This document shows positions 18,027 through 28,253 of a stretch of 64,000 bases of DNA, in pieces. The position numbers and the translations under genes were made by a program. Origin of the DNA: an uncultured Chloroflexia bacterium (GTDB lineage: Bacteria; Chloroflexota; Dehalococcoidia; Dehalococcoidales; UBA2162); the NCBI GenBank assembly GCA_963735055.1, contig CAVTJN010000005.1, forward strand, positions 5,804 to 69,803. Reading direction: 5' to 3'. Under the pieces are notes generated by a model. The model saw only the letters and a list, made by a program, of their open reading frames with translations. It was not told the origin of the DNA and made no database searches. The number at the start of each line of letters is the position of its first letter. Position 1 is the first letter of the stretch.

Positions 18027-18938
18027 TCACGGTCCCGGGTCTTTGTTCCCCCTCAGGAATTCTTCGGCAAGCTGTATTGCCTCATTCGCGGACATGTCGA
18101 GCGTCTCCCGGTAGGGCATCTCGACATAACCCTTTTCCAGTTCGTCCATATAGGAGTTGAACTGGGTGTTCTGCTGCCGGAAGAACTCCAGTTTTCCCTG
18201 GATCTGCCCAATGGCATCCTCAAGCTCGTCGAAAGCGAGACCGAGATGCATGAGATCGTTGAGCCGTACCAGCACCGCCTTTATCGACCTCGGACTGTAC
18301 TCAATAGCCAGGTTAAACTCCGGATAGTACGGCGCCCGCGCCGTCAGTGCCACGCCGTCGAGCCCTTTCTTCTGACAGGCGTAAAGGAGCACCTGGTTGA
18401 GAGTGGCGGCGCCCTCGCGGCTGGAAAAGCTGACCCGGTACTTCGCCATCTCGTCCTTGACCCGGGGACTGGTGCAGGTGCACGTTATCCGCGGCTCCCG
18501 CGCATAGGGCGACCGGTCCAGAATAGCCCCGAAAGCATATAGTCTGGAAGCGCCCATTTCACCCGCCAGAGCAACCACGGTGTCGGCGTATTCCTCCCAG
18601 TCGAGATTGGGCTCGGTGCCGAGGAAGAAGACCAGGTCATGGTCCGAGGCGGGATTCGCCGCGTAGTAGAACAGGTCCCGGGGGAAATTAGATTCGACAA
18701 TGAGACCATCGTCCATCTTGAATACGGGGCGGAGGTCTTCGGCACCGGGGATATGGTAGACATGGTAACGGGCCGTCTTAATTTCAGCGAACTTGACGGC
18801 CTTGAAATGCTTCACGAGGTATTGAATACCGCCTACCGACACATTGCCGGCATTGAGCGAGCCATCCAAACCGCATACGAGGTAAGGGCTGCGCAGCGCG
18901 GGGCGACTGTCAAACATGAGGGAGCTCCGGTCATCCAT
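18027..18938 (-). CDS. PAC2 (proteasome assembly chaperone 2-like) family protein
   Basis: 303 aa. The pattern LVCGLDGSLNAGNVS...FFLGTEPNLDWEEYADTV...LYAFGAILD is typical of bacterial PAC2-family proteins. Confidence 0.75.
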   Translation of the reverse strand: MDDRSSLMFDSRPALRSPYLVCGLDGSLNAGNVSVGGIQYLVKHFKAVKFAEIKTARYHVYHIPGAEDLRPVFKMDDGLIVESNFPRDLFYYAANPASDHDLVFFLGTEPNLDWEEYADTVVALAGEMGASRLYAFGAILDRSPYAREPRITCTCTSPRVKDEMAKYRVSFSSREGAATLNQVLLYACQKKGLDGVALTARAPYYPEFNLAIEYSPRSIKAVLVRLNDLMHLGLAFDELEDAIGQIQGKLEFFRQQNTQFNSYMDELEKGYVEMPYRETLDMSANEAIQLAEEFLRGNKDPGP

Positions 18939-19085
18939 ACCATCACCTGCCGTTTTGTCTCACAGGGATTATATCACCTGGACCGAAATCACGCCCGCCA
19001 ATCCGGGAGCATACCGTCGATGACATGAACGAGCCCCCTTCTTGACTTACCGGGAACCCATGAGATACAAATACGTAGGCCACCA

Positions 19086-19974
19086 ATGCGCAAGACGATA
19101 TCATTCGACAGCAAGGGATCGCAGTGTTCCGGCTGGCTCTATGTGCCCGACGGCCTTGGAACAAACAAGGCGCCCGCCGTGGTCATGGCGCACGGACTCT
19201 CCGCCGTCAAAGAGCAGGCCCTGCCCGGGTACGCCCGGCAATTTGCCGCCGCCGGCTTTGTGACGCTGGTATTCGACTACCGTTGCTTCGGAGCCAGCGA
19301 AGGCGAACCGCGCGGCCAACTGTTTCCGCTTGAGATGGTTGAGGACTACCGTAACGCCATCAGCTGGGTTTCCGACCAGCCTGAAGTCGACCCGGCGCGG
19401 ATCGGCGTCTGGGGTACATCCTTCAGCGGCGGCTACGTCCTCTATCTGGGATCGTTCGAACCGGCGCGTTAAGGCGGTGGTCGCCCAGGTGCCCAACGTG
19501 GCCACCCCGGTGTCCCGGCACACGCGGTCCCGGGAGAGGTGGGAAAGCGACGGCCAGGCGATGATTGCGGACCGTCTCGAACGCTATCGAACCGGGGCGG
19601 TGAGCTATATTAAGGTGGTAGCACCGGCGGGCGAGCCGTGCATCATCCCGGGAAAGACCGCTTACGACTTCTTTACCGGGTCCCAGACCACGGCCCCCAA
19701 CTGGCACAATCAGCTGACCCGGGAGTCATTGGAGAAGATGCGCGAGTTCGACCCGGTGAGTTCGATCGCGCTGATGGCGCCCACTGCCCTGCTGCTGATC
19801 GCCGGCGAGCGGGATGAGCTAATATCCTTTGAAGCCATCCGTAACGTCTACGAACGGGCCCGGGAACCTAAAGCAATTCAGAGTCTACCCATCACCCACT
19901 TTGAGATTTACTACGAACCGTGGCTGTCCCGGGCCGCGGCCGCCGCCATCGATTGGTTCGAGCGGCACTTGTGA
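19086..19974 (+). CDS. Alpha/beta hydrolase (apparent 1-nt frameshift near 19458-19461)
   Basis: Track ORFs 19086..19472 (nucleophile elbow GTSFSGG) and 19330..19974 join into one ~295-aa hydrolase if one base is removed in ttcgaaccgg: ..LGSF(D/E)RRVKAVVAQVP.. Confidence 0.75.
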
Positions 19975-20029
19975 GGCAAACACCCTCACTATCCCGGCCG
20001 GGTGGTGACCCGGGAAAGAGTCCCGTAAT

Positions 20030-21412
20030 ATGGTAGAAGCGTCACAAACGCGCTCCCGAAGGGCCGCGCTTGAGAAGGACTGGACCCAGGGTTCCGTCCT
20101 GCATAATCTGCTCCGCCTGTCATGGCCCATGGTGGTCATGGAGAGCCTGTGGGTGGTCAGCCAGATCATAGACATGGTCTGGGTGGGCCGCCTCGGGTCA
20201 TCTGCCCTGGCCGGAATGGGTCTCGCCAATGTCGTCCTCAACCTGGTGTACTCGGTGGACATGGGACTCATCGTCGGTGTGCGGGCGACCATCGCCCGGT
20301 ACGTCGGGGCAGGGGACGTGCGGGGGGCCAACCACGTCGCCGGGCAGGGCGTGCTGCTGGGCCTGGTCTGGGGCGCGCTGGTCACACTGGCGGGCAGCTT
20401 TCTGGCCGGTCCGGTATTGAGACTGTTCGGGGCCGATGCCGTGGTGGTACGCGAGGGAACGGCCTTTATGCAGATCATGGTCGCGGGCTGGGTCGGGTTC
20501 GAGGTAATGGTAATGGGTCTCTACGCGATCCAGTCATCCGGCGATACCGTCACCCCGATGTTCATTGAGGGCATGATGAGAGCCGTCCACGTGACGCTGT
20601 GCCCGTTCCTGGTCCTGGGCCTTTGGATGTTCCCGCACCTGGGCGTACGCGGCGCTGCTCTCAGCAACGTCATCTCGCAGAGTCTGGGGGCGGTGGCCGT
20701 ATTGTGGGTCCTTTTTGCCGGGCGCAGCCGGCTCCACGTTCATCTGGAGGACTTGCGCTTCGCCCCGCACGTGATGTGGCGCCTGCTCAGAGTTGGCATT
20801 CCGGCACTGGTCATGAACCTGCAGGGGGCGCTCGGCGGCAGTATCCTGATGAGGTTCATCGTCCCCTTCGGCACCCTGGGCGTGGCGGCCCTCAGCCTGG
20901 CCGGCCGGGTCGATATGTTCTTGTCCATTCCCGGAATCGGCCTGGGGTCCGGCGCCGGAGTGCTGGTGGGCCACAACCTCGGCGCCGGCCGCCCGGAACG
21001 GGCGGAGAGGAGCGCCTGGCTGGCGGTGGGGTTCGTTCAAGCCTTCATGATGGCCTGTTGTGCCGTGATCTTACTCTGGGCGGAGCATGTGGTGGGCATT
21101 TTCAGCGCCGAGGCAGAGCTGGTGGCGCTGGGCAGCGCTTTCCTGAGGATCACTGCCGCCGGCTACCTGGTGGTGTCTCTGTCCTCGGTACTCCAGAATT
21201 GCATCGCCGGCGCCGGCGACACCCTGCCGAACATGGTCATCAGCCTGGCCGCTATCTGGGCCGTCCAACTGCCCCTGGCCTACCTTCTGCCCCGGTTTAC
21301 CGGTCTGGGCATCTACGGGGTGCGCTGGGCGATGGTGGCAGCCACTGTGGCCGGCTCGCTGGCTTACGCCGTCTACTTCAGGCGCGGACGGTGGAAGCAT
21401 AAGCACGTGTGA
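20030..21412 (+). CDS. MATE family efflux transporter
   Basis: 460 aa, 12 TM-like segments, N-terminal ..LLRLSWPMVVMESLWVVSQIIDMVWVGRLG typical of MATE/NorM. Confidence 0.85.
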   Translation: MVEASQTRSRRAALEKDWTQGSVLHNLLRLSWPMVVMESLWVVSQIIDMVWVGRLGSSALAGMGLANVVLNLVYSVDMGLIVGVRATIARYVGAGDVRGANHVAGQGVLLGLVWGALVTLAGSFLAGPVLRLFGADAVVVREGTAFMQIMVAGWVGFEVMVMGLYAIQSSGDTVTPMFIEGMMRAVHVTLCPFLVLGLWMFPHLGVRGAALSNVISQSLGAVAVLWVLFAGRSRLHVHLEDLRFAPHVMWRLLRVGIPALVMNLQGALGGSILMRFIVPFGTLGVAALSLAGRVDMFLSIPGIGLGSGAGVLVGHNLGAGRPERAERSAWLAVGFVQAFMMACCAVILLWAEHVVGIFSAEAELVALGSAFLRITAAGYLVVSLSSVLQNCIAGAGDTLPNMVISLAAIWAVQLPLAYLLPRFTGLGIYGVRWAMVAATVAGSLAYAVYFRRGRWKHKHV

Positions 21413-21420
21413 TTCCCGGC

Positions 21421-21570
21421 CTAGTGACCAAACACGTAGGAGAGGATACCAAGGAAGACTACTCCGAAGCAGACGACCAGCAGCACCCCCATAATAACCA
21501 GATCAATCAGAGCGAAGCTGCTCCGGTCGGCCTGTGGGCGTATTGCGGGTTTCTCTCCGGACTGGGTCAT
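21421..21570 (-). CDS. 49-aa small membrane protein (below the ORF-track cut-off)
   Basis: My translation: MTQSGEKPAIRPQADRSSFALIDLVIMGVLLVVCFGVVFLGILSYVFGH*. A GAGGTGAGG Shine-Dalgarno site precedes the ATG (complement of 21568-21570). Confidence 0.4.
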   Translation of the reverse strand: MTQSGEKPAIRPQADRSSFALIDLVIMGVLLVVCFGVVFLGILSYVFGH

Positions 21571-21778
21571 GGGCCTCACCTCGATGCTGAGATAGTGCCG
21601 CAGGTTTCACCATTCTATCGGCCGCGCAATCACCGGACAATGGCGGAATAGTAATGGGCAAATCGTAGATTCGTTGGTGACGGCATCTGCGTGTTTCCGT
21701 GGAATCGGCCGATCACCCGCTGGACAAACGGGGCCGCCATTACCCATATTGTCATCATTTGTTCATCTGGCATTCATT

Positions 21779-21807
21779 TTGACTTGCCAAAATACCAATG
21801 GGTTATT
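21779..21807 (+). promoter_or_regulatory. Putative promoter TTGACT-N17-(TGg)GTTATT of peptide gene copy 1 (copy 2 equivalent at 22038-22066 with GATATT)
   Basis: Match to -35/-10 with an extended -10 TG. It lies only ~14 nt upstream of the ATG, so the leader would be very short. Confidence 0.4.
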
Positions 21808-21820
21808 GTGGGGTGAGAAG

Positions 21821-21988
21821 ATGAAAGCCGAACAGTGTTGTTTTGACGGTATAACCGAATGCAATAAAGGCGAGACCTGCGACAAGTGCATCAACGATGA
21901 GACAACGTGGACCGAATCGTGGTCTCAGTGGCTCGAGGCCGGATCGAAGAACGCCCGTTCAAACGAGCCGGCGGGCGCCGCCACCTGA
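21821..21988 (+). CDS. 55-aa Cys-rich small protein, copy 1
   Basis: MKAEQCCFDGITECNKGETCDKCINDETTWTESWSQWLEAGSKNARSNEPAGAAT. A GGGGTGAGAAG Shine-Dalgarno-like stretch precedes the ATG. The differences between copies include two synonymous changes, which suggests coding. Confidence 0.55.
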   Translation: MKAEQCCFDGITECNKGETCDKCINDETTWTESWSQWLEAGSKNARSNEPAGAAT

Positions 21989-22079
21989 CCGATCAGGGAG
22001 CGGGTTATTGTCATCATTTGTTCATCTGACATTCATTTTGACTTGCCAAAATACCAATGGGATATTGTGGGGTGAGAAG

Positions 22080-22247
22080 ATGAAAGCCGAACAGTGTTGT
22101 TTTGACGGTATAACCGAATGCAATAAGGGCGAGACCTGCGATAAGTGCATCCACGATGAGACAATGTGGACCGAATCGTGGTCTCAGTGGCTCGAGGCCG
22201 GATCGAAGAACGCCCGTTCAAACGAGCCGGCGGGCGCCGCCACCTGA
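22080..22247 (+). CDS. 55-aa Cys-rich small protein, copy 2 (N24H, T29M relative to copy 1)
   Basis: MKAEQCCFDGITECNKGETCDKCIHDETMWTESWSQWLEAGSKNARSNEPAGAAT. Confidence 0.55.
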   Translation: MKAEQCCFDGITECNKGETCDKCIHDETMWTESWSQWLEAGSKNARSNEPAGAAT

Positions 22248-22555
22248 CCGATCAGGGAGCGGGCTCGAAACTCCATACGTTTCAAGATTGGCAGGCTTGT
22301 CAGCCTGTCTTGCGCGTCAGCACGCTGGTGTTCCCTTTCTACTCTTGCACCTCACCGTCCATGGATCTATTGACTGCAGACATCTACCACAGGTGAGTTC
22401 CACAGTCGAGTGTACCTAAGTACAATTGTAATGCTGCGCTCGACGAAATAACATTCTAGAAAGCCAACCGCGCCGTTATCTACGATTTACTGTCAGGAGC
22501 TTCCTTCCGACAACGATACCGTTACGGCCTCAATGAAATTTAATATGCCAAATGC

Positions 22556-22590
22556 TAGTATCCTACACGATATTGTCTTGTAGGATACTA
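22556..22590. promoter_or_regulatory. Perfect 12-bp inverted repeat TAGTATCCTACA-N11-TGTAGGATACTA overlapping an extended -10 (TGcTAGTAT); a candidate operator
   Basis: Arms at 22556-22567 and 22579-22590. The repeat sits 22 nt upstream of the TTG start at 22613 (AGGAGG Shine-Dalgarno site). Confidence 0.5.
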
Positions 22591-22612
22591 AGGTTAGATC
22601 TAGGAGGACTAT

Positions 22613-24445
22613 TTGAAGAAAGCCATCTCGTTAACTCTCGGCATCGTTTCTCTTCTGGCACTGCTTCTGGCGTCCTGCGGCACCCCCGCCGCGACCGACA
22701 GCACCACCACCCCCAACCCCACCACCACGACCACCGCCAATCCGACCAGCACGGTCCCGGCAACCACCAAACCGGCTGCCGGCGTCCCGAAGTACGGCGG
22801 TACCGTCACCTACCTGGTCGCCAGCGACATCATGGGCTTCGATGAGGCGTTTCAGGCGCCCTGGTTCGCCTGGACCACGCATCTCACCGAGGACGAGATG
22901 CTTACCGGTGACTGGACCAAGGGCCCGGCCGGCACTGGACAGTACAGTTGGATACTGGATGGTATCTACAACTGGGATAGCAAGGCCGGTCAGGTCTGCG
23001 AGAGCTGGCAAATCCTGACCCCGTATCACTGGGTCTTCAAGGTAAGACAAGGCATCAAATTTGGCGTGAACCCGAACATCGAGGCTACGAAACTGACGAA
23101 CGGACGCGAGGTCACCGCCCAGGACGTCGTCTACAGCTACGACCGCCTGCGTAATGAACCTGCATCCTACGTCTACAATGCTCACAACGCCCTGATGAAA
23201 GCGATGAAACTCACTGCGGTGGACAAGTACACCGTGGACATGGAAGTCCCCAATGATCCGGATTCCATCTACAACATCGCCCAGATCATCGTGGACTGGA
23301 CGGGCGTGGTAGCTAAAGAAGTAATCGACAAATACGGCAACATGAAGGACTGGAAAACGGCGCACGGGAGCGGCCCGTTCTTCCTGACCGATTACGTTCC
23401 GGCGAGTTCCGTGAACTTCGTGAGAAACCCCGGCTATTGGGCCAAGGACCCGATCGGCCCCGGCAAGGGCAATCAACTGCCCTACCTCGACGCGATCAAG
23501 TTCCTCATCATCGGCGACACCTCGACCCAGTTGGCCGCGCTCCGCACGGCCAAGATCGACAGTCTCTCGAATGTCCAGGTGGACGACGCCGACAGTGTCA
23601 AGAAGACCAGTCCCGACATCACCTTCAAGGACTACACCCCGGCGGGCGTGTACCAGATCTACATGAGGACCGACAAGCAGGACCTCCCCTACAAGGACAA
23701 GCGCGTCCGCCAGGCACTCGTGATGGCGACCGACTACAACAGCATCGTCAAGGACATGATGAAAGGGAAGGCCCATTATCCCAGCTTCCCGATCACGCCG
23801 ATGGCCGACCTCAAGGACGCATATCTGCCCCTGTCCGAGGCCTCGGCCGACGTCCAGAACCTGTACAAGTACGACCCGGCCAAAGCCAAGGAACTCCTCA
23901 AGACGGCCGGCTATCCGAACGGCTTCAAGGTCAACATTATCACTTCGAATACACCGAGTTGGAACGTTGATTACCTGTCGGTCATTAAGCAGATGTGGTC
24001 CAAGATCAACGTCGATATGAGCATCCAGCAGGTAGAAATGGGCGTGTACAACAACCGCTGGGTGGCCCGCAACTACGACGATATGTTTTTCGCCAGCACC
24101 GCCAGCTCCGGAACGTTCCGGTATATGTGCTCCTCGCAGGGCGCCGGCGGTGGGTACAACCTGAGCTACATCGACGACAAGCGTCTAGCCGACGGCCGCA
24201 TCCAGATGATGGACCTGTTCGGCAACAACAAGGACGCGGAAGTGGCGAAGTTGAACAAGCAACTGTCCCAGTACATTTATGAGGATGCCTGGGTGGTCAA
24301 CACTCCCGTCGAGAACCGGACTATTTTCTGGTGGCCGTGGCTCAACAACTATCATGGTGAGCTGGCCGTCGGTATCCTCAACCCGTGGGGCTGGAACCGG
24401 TGGGTGTGGGTTGACCAGGACCTGAAGAAATCAATGGGCAAGTAG
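22613..24445 (+). CDS. ABC transporter substrate-binding lipoprotein, family 5 (peptide/nickel/opine type)
   Basis: TTG start after AGGAGG. Lipobox LLLASCGT, Thr/Pro linker, then PKYGG..., NPGYWAKDPIGPGKGNQLPYLD, KYDPAKAKELLKTAGYPNGF (SBP_bac_5 pattern). Confidence 0.9.
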   Translation: MKKAISLTLGIVSLLALLLASCGTPAATDSTTTPNPTTTTTANPTSTVPATTKPAAGVPKYGGTVTYLVASDIMGFDEAFQAPWFAWTTHLTEDEMLTGDWTKGPAGTGQYSWILDGIYNWDSKAGQVCESWQILTPYHWVFKVRQGIKFGVNPNIEATKLTNGREVTAQDVVYSYDRLRNEPASYVYNAHNALMKAMKLTAVDKYTVDMEVPNDPDSIYNIAQIIVDWTGVVAKEVIDKYGNMKDWKTAHGSGPFFLTDYVPASSVNFVRNPGYWAKDPIGPGKGNQLPYLDAIKFLIIGDTSTQLAALRTAKIDSLSNVQVDDADSVKKTSPDITFKDYTPAGVYQIYMRTDKQDLPYKDKRVRQALVMATDYNSIVKDMMKGKAHYPSFPITPMADLKDAYLPLSEASADVQNLYKYDPAKAKELLKTAGYPNGFKVNIITSNTPSWNVDYLSVIKQMWSKINVDMSIQQVEMGVYNNRWVARNYDDMFFASTASSGTFRYMCSSQGAGGGYNLSYIDDKRLADGRIQMMDLFGNNKDAEVAKLNKQLSQYIYEDAWVVNTPVENRTIFWWPWLNNYHGELAVGILNPWGWNRWVWVDQDLKKSMGK

Positions 24446-24475
24446 CTGCCGCAAGATTATCTTTGTCCCTCGTTT

Positions 24476-24528
24476 GAAGACGGGGCGGAGGCAGACCGGT
24501 GGTCGGTCTCCGCCCCGTCTTCGTTTTT
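24476..24528 (+). terminator. Intrinsic terminator
   Basis: GAAGACGGGGCGGAG (24476-24490) pairs with CTCCGCCCCGTCTTC (24508-24522), followed by GTTTTT. Confidence 0.75.
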
Positions 24529-24580
24529 CAGGGGTTACACGGGCACCCGGGCCCCGTGGGGACAATCCCCCAGCAGAGAC

Positions 24581-26207
24581 TCAGGACTCCCCGGTTGACG
24601 AAACAGATCTGGCAAGCTTCACAATGTGTACCTTGTACATGTCCGGTATTGCCAGTATCCGTTGATGAGCCTCTGAAGTGATCGGGTCATCCAGGCAGAC
24701 CACCATCATCGCTTTGCCCCCACGATGCACGCCCCGGCTGACTTGCATCTGACTGATGTTGATCCCTGCGTTGCCCATTATGGAGCCTACCGCCCCAATC
24801 ACGCCGGGCCGGTCTTTGTGTTCGGTGAATAGCATGTAACTGCCCGATGGTTCTATTTCCAGCCAGAAGTCGTCCACCCTAACCAGGTACACGGTGCCCC
24901 GCAGTGACGATCCAGCCACCACGACTCTGCCGAAGTTGGAGTCTATCTCGACCGTCAGCATATTGGAATAGTTCTCACAGGTGGGGTCTCTTTCCTCGGT
25001 TATCCTCAGACCGCGGCTGGCGGCAACAATATCCATGTTGACGATGTTCACCCGTTCTTCTGTCAGGCTCCCCAATAAGCCGCTCAGGACCGCAGCTTTG
25101 ATGGGGTCAGTATCAAGCTTCGAAATATCTCCCTGATAGCGGATTGCGATCGACTTCGCCTGGCCCTTGAACATCTGGGCTGCGATTGCTCCGAGGGTTG
25201 TCCCGCCCGGGACGTACTGATCAACCGCGGTCATCCCCTCGGCCGGAACCGCAGGGGCGTTCACCGGCGACCTGGGCAAACGTCCGCTGAGAACCGCGAT
25301 CGTCTGCTCCGCTATGTCGATGCCAGCACTGGTCTCTGCCTCCGAAGTAGACGCGGCCAAGTGCGGAGTAGCCACCACCTTGTCGCTCTTGAGAAGAATG
25401 TTTCCGACGGCCGGTTCCGAACTGAAAACGTCGACGGCCGCGCCTGCCAGGCGGCCCTTCTTCAAGGGCATCGTACAGCGCTTGCTCGTCAATTACTCCC
25501 CCTCGAGCGCAGTTCACCACCATGGCGGTGGGTTTCATCCTGCCGATCTGTTCCCGACCGATCAGGCCCTTCGTGGCCGGGCCAAGGGGTACGTGTACCG
25601 AAATGAAATCCGAATTTCCCAGCAGAGCATCCATCTCAACCATTTGCACACCCAGCCGGTCAGCTGCGGCCTGGGATACCATCGGGTCATAGGCGATGAC
25701 GTTGATTCGGAACCCCCGGGCTATCTCGGCCACCGCGGTCCCCACTCGGCCCAGGCCGATGATGCCCAGCACCTTGCTGCGCATTTCTATTCCCTTCAGG
25801 GAACGATTCCACAACCCGGCCCGCAGATCACGATCGGCTTTCGGAATGTGCCGGACCAGCGACAGCAGGATGGCTATGGTGTGTTCGGCTGCTGACACGG
25901 TATTTCCCTCACGAGAATTGATTACGAACACGCCGCGGCGGGTGGCCGCATCGACATCGATATTGTCCACTCCCACCCCGGCGCGACCGATGACCTCCAG
26001 TCTCCCCCCGGCATCGATGATCTGCCGCGTTACCTTGGTCTGGCTGCGAACTATCAGACCTTCGTATCCCCCAATCGCCGACAGCAGCTCAGCGGGCGTC
26101 AAACCGATACGAACATCGACATCCGCATCTCGCCGCAAAACATCAATGGCCGCGGAAGCGATGGAATCCGCTACCAGCACCTTCTTTCTCACATTGGTGT
26201 TTGTCAC
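24581..26207 (-). CDS. serA: D-3-phosphoglycerate dehydrogenase, long form with ASB and ACT domains (apparent 1-nt frameshift at 25466-25468)
   Basis: Track ORFs 25221..26207 (GIIGLGRVG, NCARGGVIDEQALYDAL) and 24581..25492 (KKGRLAGAAVDVF...ATPHLAAST...ACT domain) join if one G of the GGG run is dropped. Confidence 0.85.
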
Positions 26208-26267
26208 CGTTTCATACCACCGCTCCGCGACCCTTTTCGAGGCGCCGGCGCGAACCTTTGTCCGAGT

Positions 26268-28098
26268 CTAATGGCCCATCTGTTGCTTGAGTGCCACGTC
26301 AATCCAGAAGAACTTGGCCAGGCCGAACGGCATCATGGTCGGCGTTCCCTGGCCGTAGTAGTTCTTCAACCAGGGCCACCACAGGACGTAGGTGTAAGGT
26401 GTTGGCCGCGGGATGTAGAAGACATTCTCCAACACGTATGGTTTCAGTTCCTGGTAGGCTTTATAGGCGGCGGGATTATCGGCAAAGATATTCTGCTGCA
26501 GACCGGGTGTAACGCTCTTCAATGAACGGGTCCGATCCGATCGGGTCATTCACGTAACTGCCATTGAATGTACTGGAGCCGCGCAGGCCGGACAGGAAGA
26601 GCTGGATGCTGAAGGTCTGGAACGGAGAACGATAGATCATGTTCTCATGGGACCGGGCATTGGCGATGCTGGTATAGACGCCGCTCTCCCTGGGATCGAT
26701 CGCCAGGTCAATGCCTACCTTTGCCCACATTCCTTTGAAGATGGATAGTTCGTCGACCCGCTCAGCCGTATTGACCGTGATCACCGAGGTCTTGAATCCA
26801 TTGGGGTAGCCGGCGTCCTTCAAGAGCTGCTTGGCTTTGTCGGGATTGTACTTGAAAAGGTCCTGGACCGCTTGCGGCATCCCGCTCAAAGGCTGATACA
26901 GCGAGGCTACCTGTTTGTTCACCGGATAGACGTCGATGTCCCCCTGGCCCTTAAAGAGGTCGTTCTTGAAGGCATTGAAATCGGTGGCCAACATGAGCGC
27001 CTGGCGCACCTTTACGCTGCTGAGGGGGTTGTCAGACTTGTCCCGCCTCATACCGATGACCCAGGGGTTGTTGGACAGGTAAGTAACATACTTCATATCC
27101 GGATTGGCCTTGATCAGGCTGTCCGCATCATCCAGCACAATGTCAGACATGAAATCTATCTTGGCAGTGCGGAGGCCGGCCAGCCTTGTGGAAAGATCAG
27201 GAATGATCAATTGCTTGTAGGCGTCCACATAAGGCAGCGGATTGCCTTTACCCGGGCCGATGGGGTCCGTGCCCCAATAGTTGGGGTTCTTCTTGAAGGT
27301 CAACGAGCTGCCCGGTACAAAGTCGATGAGGATGAAGGGTCCGGTCCCCACGGCGTTGTGCCAGTCTTGCACGTCCCCGTACTTGGCAACTACTTCGGGG
27401 GGATATTGGCGGAGGAAGCCGGCCCCAAAAACCACCCAGGTGAAGGAGGTCCAGGGGTCTACCGGAGTCTTGATGGTTACTTCCGACGGGCCGGTCTTTT
27501 CGATGCTGGAGGCCTTCATGATGGCAGGCTGGCTGACATTGCCCCAGGACCGTGGGTCGGCTTTAAGGCGGTTCCAGCTGGAGACGACGTCGTCAACGGT
27601 CAATTCGCGGCCGTTCATGAGCCGTCCGGCATCGGTGTTGGTCTGTTGATAGTGGACGCCCTTTCTTATCTGGAATTTCCAGACGCCTACCTGTGGCATC
27701 TGCCAAGCTTCGGCCAGCATGAGCCCCAGGTGGTCTTCCACGTAGTTGGCGCCCGTGGTCAAGTTGGTGATGCCGCTGCCGGCCGGGCCGCGGGTCCAAT
27801 CCATAGTCACATACGCCTCGTAGACCGTTCCGCCGAGGGCGGTGCCACCGCTCCGGGCGCCGCTGTCAAACATGGTGGGATCTGCGGTCAACACGTCGAT
27901 GAGCGTGCCCCCGTACTTGGGCGCCTCAGCCGCGGGTGTGGTCTTAACAGGGGTGGACGTGGTGCTGGCGGGTGGGGTAGTCGTGGTCGTGGCGGGTGGC
28001 GAGGTAGTCGTCTGGGCGGTCTGAGTGCCGCACGAATTCAGGAGCAGGGCTGCGATGACGCAGCACACCAGAAACAAGGAAACAATTCTCCGTTTCAT
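26268..28098 (-). CDS. Family-5 substrate-binding lipoprotein (apparent 1-nt frameshift at 26505-26507)
   Basis: Track ORFs 26476..28098 and 26268..26549 rejoin as ..DPFIEERYTGLQQNIFADNPAAYKAYQELKPYV.., collinear with the neighbouring paralogue. Lipobox LLLNSCGT. Confidence 0.85.
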
Positions 28099-28253
28099 CT
28101 GTCATCCCTCCTGTTGTGATCTCTCAAGGACCAGGACTCGGCGGTTGATGTCCTGCCGCCCGTCCTCATCATGCGCAACTCCCTCTATCCGGTCATGTGG
28201 CGGGTCTTCGTCTCAGGCGTCACCGGAGATCAAACCAAGGTCGCTGCTCCGGC

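Larger units (their letters stand above)
21748..22265 (+). repeat. Tandem duplication, 2 x 259 bp (~97% identical); each unit holds a promoter-like element plus a 55-aa Cys-rich ORF
   Basis: Unit 1 begins at 21748 (attgtcatcatttgttcatctg..) and unit 2 at 22007. I counted about 7 substitutions by eye. Confidence 0.9.

Noticed and set aside
21748-22265. Tandem repeat considered as a CRISPR array or satellite
   Set aside because: There are only two long 259-bp units with no spacer/repeat alternation. Each contains a promoter-like element and a small ORF.
22631-23776. 381-aa minus-strand ORF
   Set aside because: It is antisense to a well-supported SBP gene. The same applies to 26872..28119 (415 aa), 34753..35100, 44301..44690 and 58876..59517, each opposite another SBP gene.
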